Part shown: positions 49,449 to 60,677 of the stretch, piece by piece | Layout of the letters: each line of letters begins with the position of its first letter | Numbering within the stretch: the first letter of the stretch is position 1 | From: an uncultured Gemmatimonadales bacterium | GTDB lineage: Bacteria > Gemmatimonadota > Gemmatimonadetes > Gemmatimonadales > GWC2-71-9 | DNA length: 64,000 bases | NCBI GenBank assembly: GCA_963828735.1 | Contig: CAWHFW010000006.1 | Location: forward strand, 64,001-128,000 | Reading direction: 5' to 3' | The notes under the pieces: model-generated | What the model saw: only the letters and a program-made list of their open reading frames with translations | What the model was told of the DNA's origin: nothing | Databases searched by the model: none | Position numbers and translations under genes: made by a program

Positions 49449-50795
49449 TCACTTCGCCGGCGAGGTGCTGTCTCCTTCCACGGGCTTCATCTTCATCGAT
49501 CCGCTCCAGCGCCAGTTCGTCGGCTCGCCGGTCGGCAGCGGCGGCGGGGCATCGCTGGGCAGAATGAGCTTGGGCGTCACCAGGACCAGCAGCTCGGTGC
49601 GGTTCTGGCGCGCGTCCTTCGAACGGAAGAACTGGCCCAGGATCGGAATGTCACCGAGGATCGGGATCTTGGTCATGTTGTCGGAAAGCGTATTGTTCAT
49701 CAGGCCCGCGATGGCCAGGTACTGGCCGTCCTTCATCTCCACCTCGGTCTCGGCCCGGCGGGTCAGCAAGCTCGGAATCGTGAAGCCGCCGAAGACGAGC
49801 GGGTTCGAGAAGTCGAGCGCCGAAACCTCGGGCGCGACCTTGAGCCGGATGCTGCCGTTCCGGGTGATGACCGGCGTGAACCTCAGCCGGATGCCGAACT
49901 CCTTGAAGACGATGGACACGGCGTTGTTGCCGCCGCCACCCTGCACTGACGGGTAGGGAAACTCACCGCCCGCGAGGAAGCTCGCCTCTTTGTTGGGTAG
50001 CGTGATGAGGTTCGGCTCGGCCAGGCTCCGCAGGTCGCCCTTCGACTGCAGGAACAGGATGAGCGCCTCGATGCTGGCGTTGGCGTTGAACAGGCCCACG
50101 TTCAGGAGGCCGTCGGCGAAGGCCCCGTTGATCGGGTTCGTGTTGCTCGACCCGGTCCAGTCCCCGTTGCTGTTCAGGTCCTGGGGATTGAGGGTCTGGA
50201 TCTGGGAGCGGAACTGCTTGAGCGCTGTCTTGTTGACCTCGGCGAACCGCACGCGGAGCTGGACCTGGACCGCCTCGGGCGTGGTCAGGTTGTCCACGAT
50301 GGTGGCGCCGGTGCCCTTGGCGATCTCGACGGCCTGGTTGGCCATGCTCGCGTCCCGCACCTGCCCGGAGAGGGTCACGACGTTGCCGCTCGCGGTCACG
50401 TCCACGTGCTCGCCTTCGAGCACCGACGTCAGGTAGCGCTGAAGCCCCGCGGCGTCCGCGGTGACCTCGATCGAGTAGAGCTTGATCGCGCCCTGGTTGT
50501 CCCACAGAAAGAGGCTGGTCGTGCCCAGCGTCTTGCCGTTGATCAGCACCTCGGTCGGAGAGACCACGACCGCCTCGGCGACCGCGGGGTCGCCGATCGA
50601 GAAGCGCTGGATGTTGGTGGTGTTGACGAGGAGCGCCGACGCTCCCTTCGACACCGACACCACCTGCTCGGGCGCACGCACCACGCGCTGTGCCTCGGCG
50701 GTGCTGGCCGCCATCAGGCCGCACAGGAGGACGCCGACCGCGACGAGCGAGCGAAACGAGACGAAGACGACCGGACCGCGACGATAGATGCTCAC
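49449..50795 (-). CDS. cpaC: Tad secretin CpaC/RcpA
   Basis: BON-like segment, LAEPNL, FLAGGEFP, KEFGIRLRFTP, KIPILGDIPILGQFFRS, ELLVLVTP. Confidence 0.93.
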   Translation of the reverse strand: MSIYRRGPVVFVSFRSLVAVGVLLCGLMAASTAEAQRVVRAPEQVVSVSKGASALLVNTTNIQRFSIGDPAVAEAVVVSPTEVLINGKTLGTTSLFLWDNQGAIKLYSIEVTADAAGLQRYLTSVLEGEHVDVTASGNVVTLSGQVRDASMANQAVEIAKGTGATIVDNLTTPEAVQVQLRVRFAEVNKTALKQFRSQIQTLNPQDLNSNGDWTGSSNTNPINGAFADGLLNVGLFNANASIEALILFLQSKGDLRSLAEPNLITLPNKEASFLAGGEFPYPSVQGGGGNNAVSIVFKEFGIRLRFTPVITRNGSIRLKVAPEVSALDFSNPLVFGGFTIPSLLTRRAETEVEMKDGQYLAIAGLMNNTLSDNMTKIPILGDIPILGQFFRSKDARQNRTELLVLVTPKLILPSDAPPPLPTGEPTNWRWSGSMKMKPVEGDSTSPAK

Positions 50796-50816
50796 AGATC
50801 TCCCGGAGATGAGAGG

Positions 50817-51662
50817 TTACTTCTGGAAGGTCGTCAGGGTCCGCTCGCCGCCCCGGTACCCTTCGATTACGGTGTTGTTGATCCGAGGCAGCGCCGCCGG
50901 TGCCACCCGGTTGGGCGACGCGACGCGCGGCGTGCGCGCCGGAGCCGCGCCGGGCGCGAGCTGGTCCGCCTTCGCGCCGGCCGTCGCTACGGAGAGCGTG
51001 TCGAGCCCGTTCCTGAGCGCGAGCTGAATCCGGCCTTCCTTGCCGGCGAGAACCAGGAGCTCCGCGTCGTCCAGCGTCACCAGCAGCGTGATGACGGTGA
51101 CGGTCTGCGGCTTCCCCTCCTTGTCCCGCTGCACCTGCTGTCCGGCGGCCAGCACCTGGACGTTCTGGAGGATGGTCCGGGTGAGGGACTGCGGGCGGTT
51201 CTCGCCCTTGTCCAGCGTGAGCAGGACGTCCACGTGCGTGCCGGGGAGCACGAAGCCCGCGACACCGATCACCTCGTCCACCCGGACGCTCATCGCGCGC
51301 ATGCCGTCCCTGATGATGATGGACAGGCCGCCACCCTGGTCGACCGTCGAGACTTTGGCGGCGAGGAGCGGCTCGTTCTCAGCGACGGGCGTAATGACGC
51401 CGCGGCCAATCGCGTCCTTGAGCGAGCCGATGTACCCGCTCGGCAGGGCGTCGCCCGGCCAGCCGACGACCTTCACGTCCTGGTCGGTGATGACCGCGCC
51501 GATCGGCAGGCTTCGCGCGGCGAGGACGATCGAGACCTTCCGAGGCTCGGACGCCATGAGCGGGGTGGCCTGCTCCCGCAAGTACCGGAGCGCGAGGTAT
51601 GCCGCCAGACCGCCGGACGTCAGGGCGAGCAGGAGCATGAGCCAGGGCCGCAGTTTTCGCAT
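50817..51662 (-). CDS. cpaB: Flp pilus assembly protein CpaB/RcpC
   Basis: SAF-like domain, GMRAMSVRVDEVIGVAGFVLPG, ILQNVQVLA, LALRN. Confidence 0.93.
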   Translation of the reverse strand: MRKLRPWLMLLLALTSGGLAAYLALRYLREQATPLMASEPRKVSIVLAARSLPIGAVITDQDVKVVGWPGDALPSGYIGSLKDAIGRGVITPVAENEPLLAAKVSTVDQGGGLSIIIRDGMRAMSVRVDEVIGVAGFVLPGTHVDVLLTLDKGENRPQSLTRTILQNVQVLAAGQQVQRDKEGKPQTVTVITLLVTLDDAELLVLAGKEGRIQLALRNGLDTLSVATAGAKADQLAPGAAPARTPRVASPNRVAPAALPRINNTVIEGYRGGERTLTTFQK

Positions 51663-51667
51663 AGGTG

Positions 51668-52123
51668 TCAGCACTCGTTCCGCATGGTGGATTTCGAGGA
51701 AAGCGTGATCGTGCTGTTACCACCAACCCAGCTCATCAGGGCGCCGACCCAGCCCATTCGATACTGCGTCGCGATCCGCACGCTCATCTCGGCGCCGCTG
51801 GCGCCTGCCACCCCCCCGGGACACTTGAAGAACGCGGACGGGGTGATCGTTACCGTGGTCGGATTCGGGCTGGTCGTGTCAATATTCGCGAGCGCGAGCC
51901 GTGTGTTGATCAGGCCCGTCACCTGCGGCATCGTCCGGGAGTCAACAATGACGGTAAGCCGAGCGCCCTCTCGTGCGGCATCCGTAACCGCCTGCTTGAT
52001 GTTCCACGCCCGGCCGAACTCGATGATCCCGGCGATCAGCAGGAAGAGCACCGGCAGGATCAGCGCGAACTCGGCGAGGGCCTGGCCTTTCCGCCCTCGG
52101 CAGTGGCGCATCGTGAGGCTCAT
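51668..52123 (-). CDS. tadE: TadE-like pseudopilin
   Basis: KGQALAEFALILP, AAREGAR; AAGGAG RBS. Confidence 0.92.
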   Translation of the reverse strand: MSLTMRHCRGRKGQALAEFALILPVLFLLIAGIIEFGRAWNIKQAVTDAAREGARLTVIVDSRTMPQVTGLINTRLALANIDTTSPNPTTVTITPSAFFKCPGGVAGASGAEMSVRIATQYRMGWVGALMSWVGGNSTITLSSKSTMRNEC

Positions 52124-52644
52124 AGCTTTACTCCTTGTCCGAACCACCAGAGCAACGTCCCTGCCGCGATCGGTACCGCGTAGGGGATGGTCTGAGCCCC
52201 CGGGGCCTCGAGCGTTCGCACGCCCCCCTCGCGGGCTACCAGGCGCTTCGACCGGAACAGATCCATTGTGTTGAAGAAGAGCAGAGGAAGAAGGCCGCGG
52301 CGCGCCATGGCGACGATGGCCATCCCTGCGCCGAGCAGCACAATATACGCCAGAGCCCCGGGCAGGGGACCGATTCCGAGGAAGGCTCCGACGACACCCA
52401 GTAGCTTCGCGTCCCCCCCGCCCACCGCACCCAGGACATAGAAGAGCACCGCCACCCCCAACGCCACGGCGAATCCCGTAAGTCCATGCAGGACTGCATC
52501 AAAACCAAGCGGGGCCCGCAGCACGAAGGCCGCTGCGAGTCCCGCCACGGTCAGCTGATTCGGCACCCGGCGAGCGCGTATGTCCCACCACGCCGCCGCA
52601 CACAGCACACCCACCAGCACGACGTCCGCGAGTGCCTGGATCAT
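52120..52644 (-). CDS. cpaA: Prepilin peptidase CpaA/TadV (A24)
   Basis: WDIRARRVPN, GGGDAKL, IPYAVPIAAG. Confidence 0.92.
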   Translation of the reverse strand: MIQALADVVLVGVLCAAAWWDIRARRVPNQLTVAGLAAAFVLRAPLGFDAVLHGLTGFAVALGVAVLFYVLGAVGGGDAKLLGVVGAFLGIGPLPGALAYIVLLGAGMAIVAMARRGLLPLLFFNTMDLFRSKRLVAREGGVRTLEAPGAQTIPYAVPIAAGTLLWWFGQGVKL

Positions 52645-52693
52645 CCCTTAGCCCCGAAGCGTCGCGCCAGCGAAGTGGTAAGCCGGTCCGGGC

Positions 52694-52870
52694 TTAGGTG
52701 TCGGCCGTCGCCAGCTCGTTGTTCGCCTTGCCGAAGATATTCTTGATGTGGCCACCCATGCCCTTGATGATGACCACCACGCCCACCACGATGAGCCCGA
52801 GCAGCAGGGCGTACTCCGCGAGCCCCTGCCCCGACTCGTCGTTCCAGAAGTTCCGCGCGAGCTTCTTCAT
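52694..52870 (-). CDS. flp: Flp family type IVb pilin (58 aa)
   Basis: Below the ORF-track cutoff; GGAGG RBS; MKKLARNFWNDESGQGLAEYALLLGLIVVGVVVIIKGMGGHIKNIFGKANNELATADT. Confidence 0.95.
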   Translation of the reverse strand: MKKLARNFWNDESGQGLAEYALLLGLIVVGVVVIIKGMGGHIKNIFGKANNELATADT

Positions 52871-53025
52871 ACGGTGCTTCCTCCACGTACATGTTGGTGG
52901 TGCGTGAAAAGGAAAGCGGACGGCGGTGCCGCTCTCCCGACGGTGGCGGACAGTGGATGAGTCCGCCGAAAGGCCTCAGGAACCAAAGTCCTTCGAGATC
53001 GTTAAGGTATTGCCCGCCGCTTCGG

Positions 53026-53040
53026 GCAAGACGCATGCCC
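53026..53040 (-). promoter_or_regulatory. Putative sigma54 promoter of the flp/tad operon
   Basis: GGGCATGCGTCTTGC (GG-N10-GC with TTGC); IHF-like site upstream at 53124-53148. Confidence 0.55.
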
Positions 53041-53424
53041 ACTTCGCAAACCGCCCGGAATACACCTGAGCTTCCGGCCGGGCACGCAAACACTGCCGTG
53101 TCGCTCAGCCAATCAGCGGGGGACAAGTCGTTCCGAACTGAGTACTTAGAGCACACTAACCGATGCGAGTTGACCGCACGAATGTCTAGCTCTGCCGAGA
53201 GCATAAGCAGGGTCGGGCCGGGGCGTTTGTTGCGGAGGCGGCGCACAGACTGCGTTGCACTACTGCAACCGAAATCTTTCACCTGCCCGACCGGACGCCT
53301 GGGTTCTACTCTTGCCTAGTATGGGTGATGTGCAGAACGGTATCGGTCGGTTCAGGTTCGTGCAAGGGACGAAATTAGCCCCGAACAACTGCCGAAATGT
53401 CCAAGGAACCCGGAGGCTGCACCG

Positions 53425-55189
53425 TTGACTTCGTCCTTCGCGCGCGCCGGCCCTGCCCGCCGTCATCTTCGTCCTCCTGTTCGTGCTCGTCCCGCTGGGA
53501 CTTCAGCAGCCGCTCCTGAACGCGGACGGAGATCCTGCGCGACATCTCACGCACGGTCTGTACATGCTCGCGCACGGGTCACTCATCGGCCACGACCCCT
53601 TCTCGTTCACTCGGCCCGGCGCCCCGTTCCTCGGGTTCGAGTACGGCAGTCAGGTCCTCTACGCCCTCGCCTTCCGGGTCGGACGGCTGCCGGCGGTAGC
53701 GATCTTCGCCGGCGGCCTGGTTGCCCTGGCTTATGCGCTCCTCGCCAGGCTCATGGTCCGGCGGGGGGTGGATCCGCTACTGGCCTATATCACGACCGCT
53801 ATCGCCGCGGCGCTTGGGGCCGGGCACTGGGTCGCGCGCCCCCACCTGGTTTCCAACGTGGCCGTCGTCCTCCTGCTGGGGATCCTGGAACGGGATCGGC
53901 CCGTGCCGGTCTGGCTCCTTGCGCCATTTTTTGCACTTTGGGCCAACCTTCACGGCGGATTCGTCTTCGGCTGGATCCTGATCGGTGTGTACCTGGCAGG
54001 GACGGTGGGCGAATGGCTCATCGGCCGGGAGCGCCAGGCCATGGCGGGCCGGGCCCGGTACCTAGTGGTCGCTCTCATCGTCGCCGTCACGGCGACCCTG
54101 CTCAACCCACACGGGCCCGTGCTGCTGCAGCACGTACTCGGGTTCTTCGGCAAGCGATTCATTCACGACAATACCGCCGAGTTCATGTCGCCGGACTTCC
54201 ACGACATCGACGGCCGAATGTTCCTCTGCGGTATCGCGCTGGTCGTGCTGACGCTCGCCGTCGTGCCCAGACGGCCGTCGTTTCCACGCCTGTTCGCGAT
54301 CCTCGTGACGCTGGCGTTCGGGCTCATGGCGGTCCGCAACGTATCCCTCTTCGGTTTGGTCGCGCTCCCGCTCCTCGCGATGCACGTGGATCCGGAATGG
54401 CGCGCCTTGCCCGATCCGCGATCCCTGCGTGCGAACTTTCGAGCCATGGCACTTCAAGGACGGACCTGGCCGTTCGTCCTACCGGTGGTCGTAGTCATGG
54501 CGGTGCTTGCGGTCGCCCACGGGCGGGTCGGCGGGCGGCAATTGATGGCCGAGGATTTCGACCCCGCGACGTTTCCCGTCGCCGCCGTGCGGAAGGCCCG
54601 CGCCGAAGGTCTCCAGGGCCGCATGTTCCACGAGTTCGCCTGGGGCGGCTACCTGGTGTTCGCCTGGCCCGAGCAGCGGATCTTCATCGACGGGGGGACG
54701 GACTTCTTCGGGGAGGATCTCTTCAAGGAGTACAGCCAGGTCAAGCAGCGCCAGCCCGGCTGGCGGGACGTCTTGAAGCGCTGGGACATCTCCCTTGCCT
54801 TGCTGCAGCGGAAGTCGGCCCTCGCGCATGAGCTGGTCCGCGACCCGCGGTGGGCGCCGTGGTACTGCGACTCGCTCGCGGTCCTGCTTCGCCGCGGCCC
54901 CGAGGCCGCGCCGTTCGCGCCCGAGCAGGCCGACTCCGCCGACCACGCGCTCGACGCGTGCGCCCGAACCTCAACGGCGAGTGGCGATGCCGATCAGGGA
55001 AATGCCCCATGGCAGCCGAACCCGCCTGAGGGCGCGAGCCTCCACGGCAAGCACCCCGGTGAGGACGCGGTTCACCGGGAGCGGAACGTCGCGTATGTCC
55101 GACCGGATGCTCGCGCGTCCGAACTGCTTGAGCAACCTGGCCACGACGGCAATCGGGAACAGGATGGTGTTCCAGTAGGACAGCCATGA
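53425..55189 (+). CDS. Polytopic membrane protein, GT-C-like (N-terminal frameshift probable)
   Basis: DGDPARH, DPFS, ARPH, LWANLHGGF, NPHG, WGGYL, FIDG. TTG 53425 has a GGAGG RBS but is one base out of frame with the main ORF 53483..55189. Confidence 0.7.
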
Positions 55190-55699
55190 GACGGTGAGGC
55201 CCGCGCCGTCGAGGAGCCCCCGGATCGTTCGACGCGTGTAGCGACGCTGATGCCGGAGCGCGACATCGTGCGGAGCGAACAACCAGGGATGCGCGGGCAC
55301 GCTGAAGACGAGGCGCCCACCCACGCGCAGGACGCGGCGGATCTCACTCGCCGCCATCACGTCGTCGCTGATGTGCTCCAGCACGTCCGACGCGAGCACC
55401 AGATCGAACTCCCCATCGCCGAACGGAAGCGCCGTTCCCACCGCACGGCAGAACAGCGCGCCGCCGCGCGGCCGGGCCAGCGCGAGCGCCCCCGCATCCG
55501 GCTCGATGCCGACGACGCTGCCGATCGCCCCAGCCATCGCCACGTTCCCGCCGGTGCCGCAGCCGAAATCCAGGATTCGGGGCCGCCGGCCCTCGCAGTC
55601 GTGGCGGCCCAACAGATCCGCGAGCATGAGCCGCCGCCCGCGGAACCACCAGTGATGGAGCTCCTGGGTATGCATGATCCGGTACTCTTCAGCGCGCAT
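54971..55699 (-). CDS. Class I SAM-dependent methyltransferase
   Basis: HWWFRGRR, ILDFGCGTG, DVLEHI, SVPAHPWL..HD..HQRRY. Confidence 0.9.
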   Translation of the reverse strand: MRAEEYRIMHTQELHHWWFRGRRLMLADLLGRHDCEGRRPRILDFGCGTGGNVAMAGAIGSVVGIEPDAGALALARPRGGALFCRAVGTALPFGDGEFDLVLASDVLEHISDDVMAASEIRRVLRVGGRLVFSVPAHPWLFAPHDVALRHQRRYTRRTIRGLLDGAGLTVSWLSYWNTILFPIAVVARLLKQFGRASIRSDIRDVPLPVNRVLTGVLAVEARALRRVRLPWGISLIGIATRR

Positions 55700-57378
55700 G
55701 GCTCTCCGGGAATTCGATCGTCAACACCTGGGCTTCGGACGCATGCCGCTTTCCGATGACACGCCCACCCAGCCGCTCCACCGCCTCACGTAGCGCCTGG
55801 CCGTCGTCCTCCGGAGGGTGGTGGAAGTCCGCGAGCACCATCCACACCCGCGGCGCGCCGACCGCCCGCATCCGCTCGGCCTCCGCGTCCGCCCAGCCCG
55901 AGTCGGGGTAGGCAGGGACGTACGACTGCCACATGCGTCCCTGGGAACCCGAGTGCGCACCAAGCAGCTCGGTCCTCCCCGCGTACGAGCGGCTCAACTC
56001 CGCCGCCTGCTCGGGACGCCGCGGTCCCAGCGACGGCCCGTTCACAAAAGCCAGCCCATCGGGCCCGCCAACCCGGGCGGCCCAGCCGAGCCGCGCGGTG
56101 TCGGGCGCGGACCAGTCCGTCGTGTAGAAGATCCAGGCCGGCGTAGCGCGGTGATACACGTAGACGGGATCGCTACCGGCATCCCGGGTCAGCCGCTCGA
56201 TGAGGGGGCGCACCTCCTCCTTCGAGAAGCCGGTCTCCTCCGGCGGGTCGATGGCAAGATCCAGCGTGAGAATGAGTGACGGCAGCAGAAACGCCGCGAG
56301 CAACCAGCGGGCGCGCAGCACCACGAGCCTTCGCTCCAGCCACTCGCACGCCGAGACGAGCCCGACCGCGACGAGCATGATGACCTGGGGAGCCGAGAAC
56401 AGCAGCAGGCGCGTCGCCAGGGGATAGCGTCCGGCCAGGGAGCCGGCGAAGGCCGCGCCGAGCGGGAACAGCAGCACGGCAGGAACCGCCCACCCCGAGC
56501 GGCGAGCCAGCACGAGGGCGCCGAGCGCCGTCAGCCCCACGTAGAGCGGGCTCAGGTCGAGCAGCCCTCGCCAGCAGTTGAGCGAGCACACCGACTCCTG
56601 GAGCCCCAGTCCAAACCGCGGCCACCAGCCCGCGGTGCCGGGCACGAGAAGCGTGGCAGCCCAGTAGCGGTGCATGTACTCGCCGCCCGCGCTCTGCCGA
56701 TACCAGAGAAGAAAGGTGACGAGCGCGGCCCGAGCCACAGCGTACCGGTGCCGAGGGCCCTCGCGGGCGAGGCGCGCCGGCGGACACTGTCAGCCAGGAG
56801 CGCGGCGGCGATGCCCGTTCCCACGAAGACGGCGGGGATGGACGCGAGGATCGCGGCGATCCCGGCCAGCAGCGAGCCGACGCCATCCCGTCGCGTCATC
56901 CGGCCGTCCGCAGGACCCCCAGGGCCAGTGCCGTGAGGCCGGTACTGAGCAGGGCGTCGAGCGCGTACGGCTTGACCTCGGCCGCGTAGCGGATCAGCGG
57001 AAACGCCGTCGCTGCGAGGGCGATCGCCACCAGCGCCTCGGTCCGGCCGAGCAGGCGCCTGGCGAGGAGCGCGATCGCGAGCAGCAACAACACCCCGCTC
57101 GCGAACGGCAGCAGGCGCAGCGCGTACTCGTTCATGCCGCCCGCCAGTACGGCCAAGCGTTCGGCCCAGAGGAACGGGACCGGCGCGACCTGGGCGTAGT
57201 CGAGCGGCATGGTCAGCTCGCCCAGCGAGCGGGCGCCGACATTGAGCGCGATCATCGCCTCGTCGCCCCACAGCGACGCTCGGTGGAAGTAGCCGACCGT
57301 GCGGACGAGCACCCCGATCGCGAGCACGGCGACGATCATCACGTTCGCGGGCGATCCCCACCACCGGCGCCGGCTCAC
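55689..57378 (-). CDS. GT-C (family 39/PMT-like) membrane glycosyltransferase-like protein, frameshifted
   Basis: [26 protein letters not shown]; many TMs; YTTDW C-terminal domain; indels near 56900 and 56730. Confidence 0.7.
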
Positions 57379-58930
57379 CGCGCCTCCGCCGGTGCGGCAC
57401 CGCCGTCACGGAGCAGCCGAATCCCACCGACGTCGTCCACCGGCGTGTACGCCGAGGCCGCTGGGCGAACCGCTCGTCCTGCCCGTAGTAGGCGAGGAAA
57501 TCGAACCCGCCCGGGTACCGGGTTCGCCGCTCGTTCAACGACGGCGACTCGATCACGAGGAGATCGGGCCGCTGGGACACGAGGTCGTGCACGACCCGGT
57601 CGAACGCCTCCCGCTCTCCGGGGCTCATCTCCGCCGGCGTACGAAAGCCCACGCGCTGGCTCTCTCCGGCATAGCTCCGGTAGTAGACCAGCGGCACCCA
57701 CAGGGTCGAGTAGCCGGGATGCGACGCCAACCCCGTGTCGAGGATCAGCGGAAACCCGTCCCGGATCTGCGAGGACAGCACCATGATCGAGCGCACGCCT
57801 CGCTGTCGCTCGACCGCGTCGCGCAGCGCCACCTGCTGTGCCGGCCGCGGAGCCAGCGGCCCGCGAACCTTGCCCGCGGCCACCCAGACGTACCACGATG
57901 GCGAACGCGACGACGAGCGCGGAAAAGATCCCGGCCGCCACGCGACGCCCCAGGCGCGTCGGTAGGTCGCCCGTCAATGTCGGCCATGCGCTCGCGCTCG
58001 TCGCCGCGGCCAGCAGAAAGGCGAGGGCGTTCACCGGATAGAAGTGGTAGCTCCAGCCCTTGTGCTGCAGCACGACGGCGGCGAGGAAGCCGGCTCCCGC
58101 GGCCGCCGCGAGCGCGCCGATCGCGTCGGTCCGTCGCGCCGGCGTGAGCAACCACCATCCCGCCACCGCTACGTACCAGCCGATGGCCGGGGAATCGTCG
58201 ATCAGGATGTACCGCAGCGAGTGGGCGCCGAACTCGAGGTAGTCGTGCGCGCTGCCCGCCGCGACGGCGAAGTAACGCGGCGTCAGGGCAGCGACCGCCA
58301 CCGCGTACGCGATCCACACGCCGACGACCGCGATGTCTTCGGGCCGCATCAGCCGAGTGCGGCGCTGCGCCCACGCAGTCCGCGCGAGAAGAATGGCGCC
58401 CACACGAGGACGTAGTGCGGCTTGATCGCGAGACCGATGCCGGCCGCGAGGCCAGTCGCCGCGGCGACAGACCGGTGGAGATGGACCTGCTCGGCTCGGA
58501 GGGCAGCGACCGCCACGAACGGAATGGCCAGGATGAGCGCCAGGTGCTCGCGTTGGCCGAAGATGCCGCCGACGAGCGGAAACACAGCAACGGTGAGAGC
58601 GAGCCCCGCGATCCCCCGCGCTCTCGCGGTTACCCGCGGTTGCCGCGCGAGCAAAGCGCGATCGAGGCGGCTATCGATCGCGACCCCTGCCAGCGCCACG
58701 GCACGCGAAACACGGCCGCCGGGGCCCAGCCCGTCGCACGGCTCAATGCCGCCAGCGGGAAGGTTGAGCCAGACTATCAGCGGAGGGTTGATCTCGAGGA
58801 TATCGCCGTACAGTCGCTCGCCGCCGAGCAGCCGGACCGCACAGTGAAGGAGCCAAGCGGCGTCGGAGTTGAGCGGCGTGCGCCACTCGCCCGCGAGCGA
58901 GACCGCGATCATCGCCGCACAGACCGTGTA
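57375..58930 (-). CDS. Polytopic membrane protein, GT-C-like, multiply frameshifted
   Basis: NSDAAWLL, LYGDILEINPPL, FGQREH, AIKPHY, QHKGWSYH spread across frames; start approximate. Confidence 0.6.
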
Positions 58931-59059
58931 CCGGCCACACGCCCGGGCCACTCGCCGTTCACGGGCCGACGCCCCGACCTGCGGACCCGCGAAAGCGAAA
59001 CGCGTAGAGCGTGGTGCTCCCGCCTCGCCGCCGCGACTCGACCACGCCGCCGACACGGC

Positions 59060-60677
59060 CTATGGCCGTGACGGTAGCTCGCTTGATCTCGGTTCCCGGG
59101 GAGTCGGCGCCGAACACCGCCCACGCACGCGTCGATGTCGCCCGCCGGAGCCGGCCGGCCTCGATCTCGGCCCAGCCCGGGTCGGCCGTCGCCTGCCAGT
59201 CGGGAAGGTCGCGCGGGTCGAGCGCGAGCCACGCGCGCCCTTGCACACCGCTCGCGAGGCCGTAGAGCTCCTCACGGTTGCCGGTCCCGGTACACCAGAT
59301 CCTCGCCGTCTCCTCGACTCCGCGGGCCGTGCGGCGGCGCGTTCACGAACGCGGGGCCGCCGGGACCGGCGACGCGCGCGACCCAGGCGAGCCGCTCGCG
59401 GTCGGGCTGCCGCCAGTCGGTGGTGTAGTACGCGTATTCGGCGGCGACGCGATGGAAAGACGTACACCGGCTCCCCCGGCGACCGCTCGCGGTCGAGCCG
59501 GGTCACGACCTGCGGCAGGCCCTGACGATCCTCGGGCGCTCGAACCACCCAGGCGAGCGCGACGAGAACCGAAGGGGCGAGGATGGCGCCGACCGCTACA
59601 CCCGCTCGCACCGAAGGCGCGACGCGCCTCAGCGAGTCTGCACCGCGGCAACCACTCCGACGGCGGCGAGCACGATGAGCAGCGGCGTGACGAACAGCGT
59701 CAGGCGCATGGCGACGGGGTACGCTCCCGTGCCGCCGAGGCCAGGAGCAGCGTGACGAACGGGCCGGCGAGCACCAGCGTAGCCGCCAGCCATAGCCTTC
59801 GACCGACGATCCATGCTCCCGCGACGCATGCGAGGAGTACGAGCCACGCCGGCCCCGATCTCCACGGTCCAGTACCCCACCGGCCACGTCGCCTCACGCA
59901 GACCCGCCGCCCAGCGCACCGACCATCGCGGGCCGGGCGCCAGCATGGCCGACGACCAGTACTGCCGCATGTACGGCAGAGACTCGGCGGCCCGGTAGGT
60001 CCCAGGTAGGCAGCGAATGGACGCCGCGCACCAGAGCCCGACGGTGGTCACATACCGGCCGCGAGTCTTCTTGCCCTCGAGCCACGCCGGCGACGCGAGG
60101 GCGACGGCGATCGGCGCGAGAACCATGGGCGCCGTGACGGAGACGAACGGAGCAGCCGCGCCCACGACCGCGAGCGCCGCCCAGGCGCGACGGTCGCTCG
60201 GGATTCCGAAGCACTCCCACGGCCATGGTGACGAGCAGACACGGTGACCAGTGCCGTCCACCGCGTAGGGCTTTCCCTCCGCCGAGTACTGGATGAGGAA
60301 CGGCGAGGTGGCCGCGAGGCCAAGTGCGGCCATTGTCTCGAGCGGGGGAAGGAGTATCGAGACCAGCCGGCGGAGCATGACCAGCATCAGGCAGCCCGCG
60401 ACGAGGGGCACGATGCGCAGCGCGAGTCGTGGACTCCTGCGAGATCGACGACGAGTCGCTGTGCCCACAGAAAAGGCACCGGTGCGACCTGCGCGTAGTC
60501 GAGCGGCTTCGTGAGCCCGGCGAGGTCCCGCGTGGCCACGTTCAGCGCGAGCATGAGCTCGTCGCCGGCGGAGCCGCCCCGTCGAAGGCAGAACGCGATA
60601 CGTAGCGCGATGCCCGTCGCGACGAGCGCGAGGGCCGCCCGGCGGTGTAGGGTGGACGTCCGGAGAGAGGCGATCAA
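59060..60677 (-). CDS. GT-C-like membrane protein, paralogue of 55689-57378, frameshifted
   Basis: [47 protein letters not shown]; ends approximate. Confidence 0.65.

Noticed and set aside
53044..53100. c-di-GMP-I riboswitch-like words (GCAAAC..GCACGCAAA) near flp
   Set aside because: On the wrong strand for flp and lacks the GAAA tetraloop and P2 architecture.
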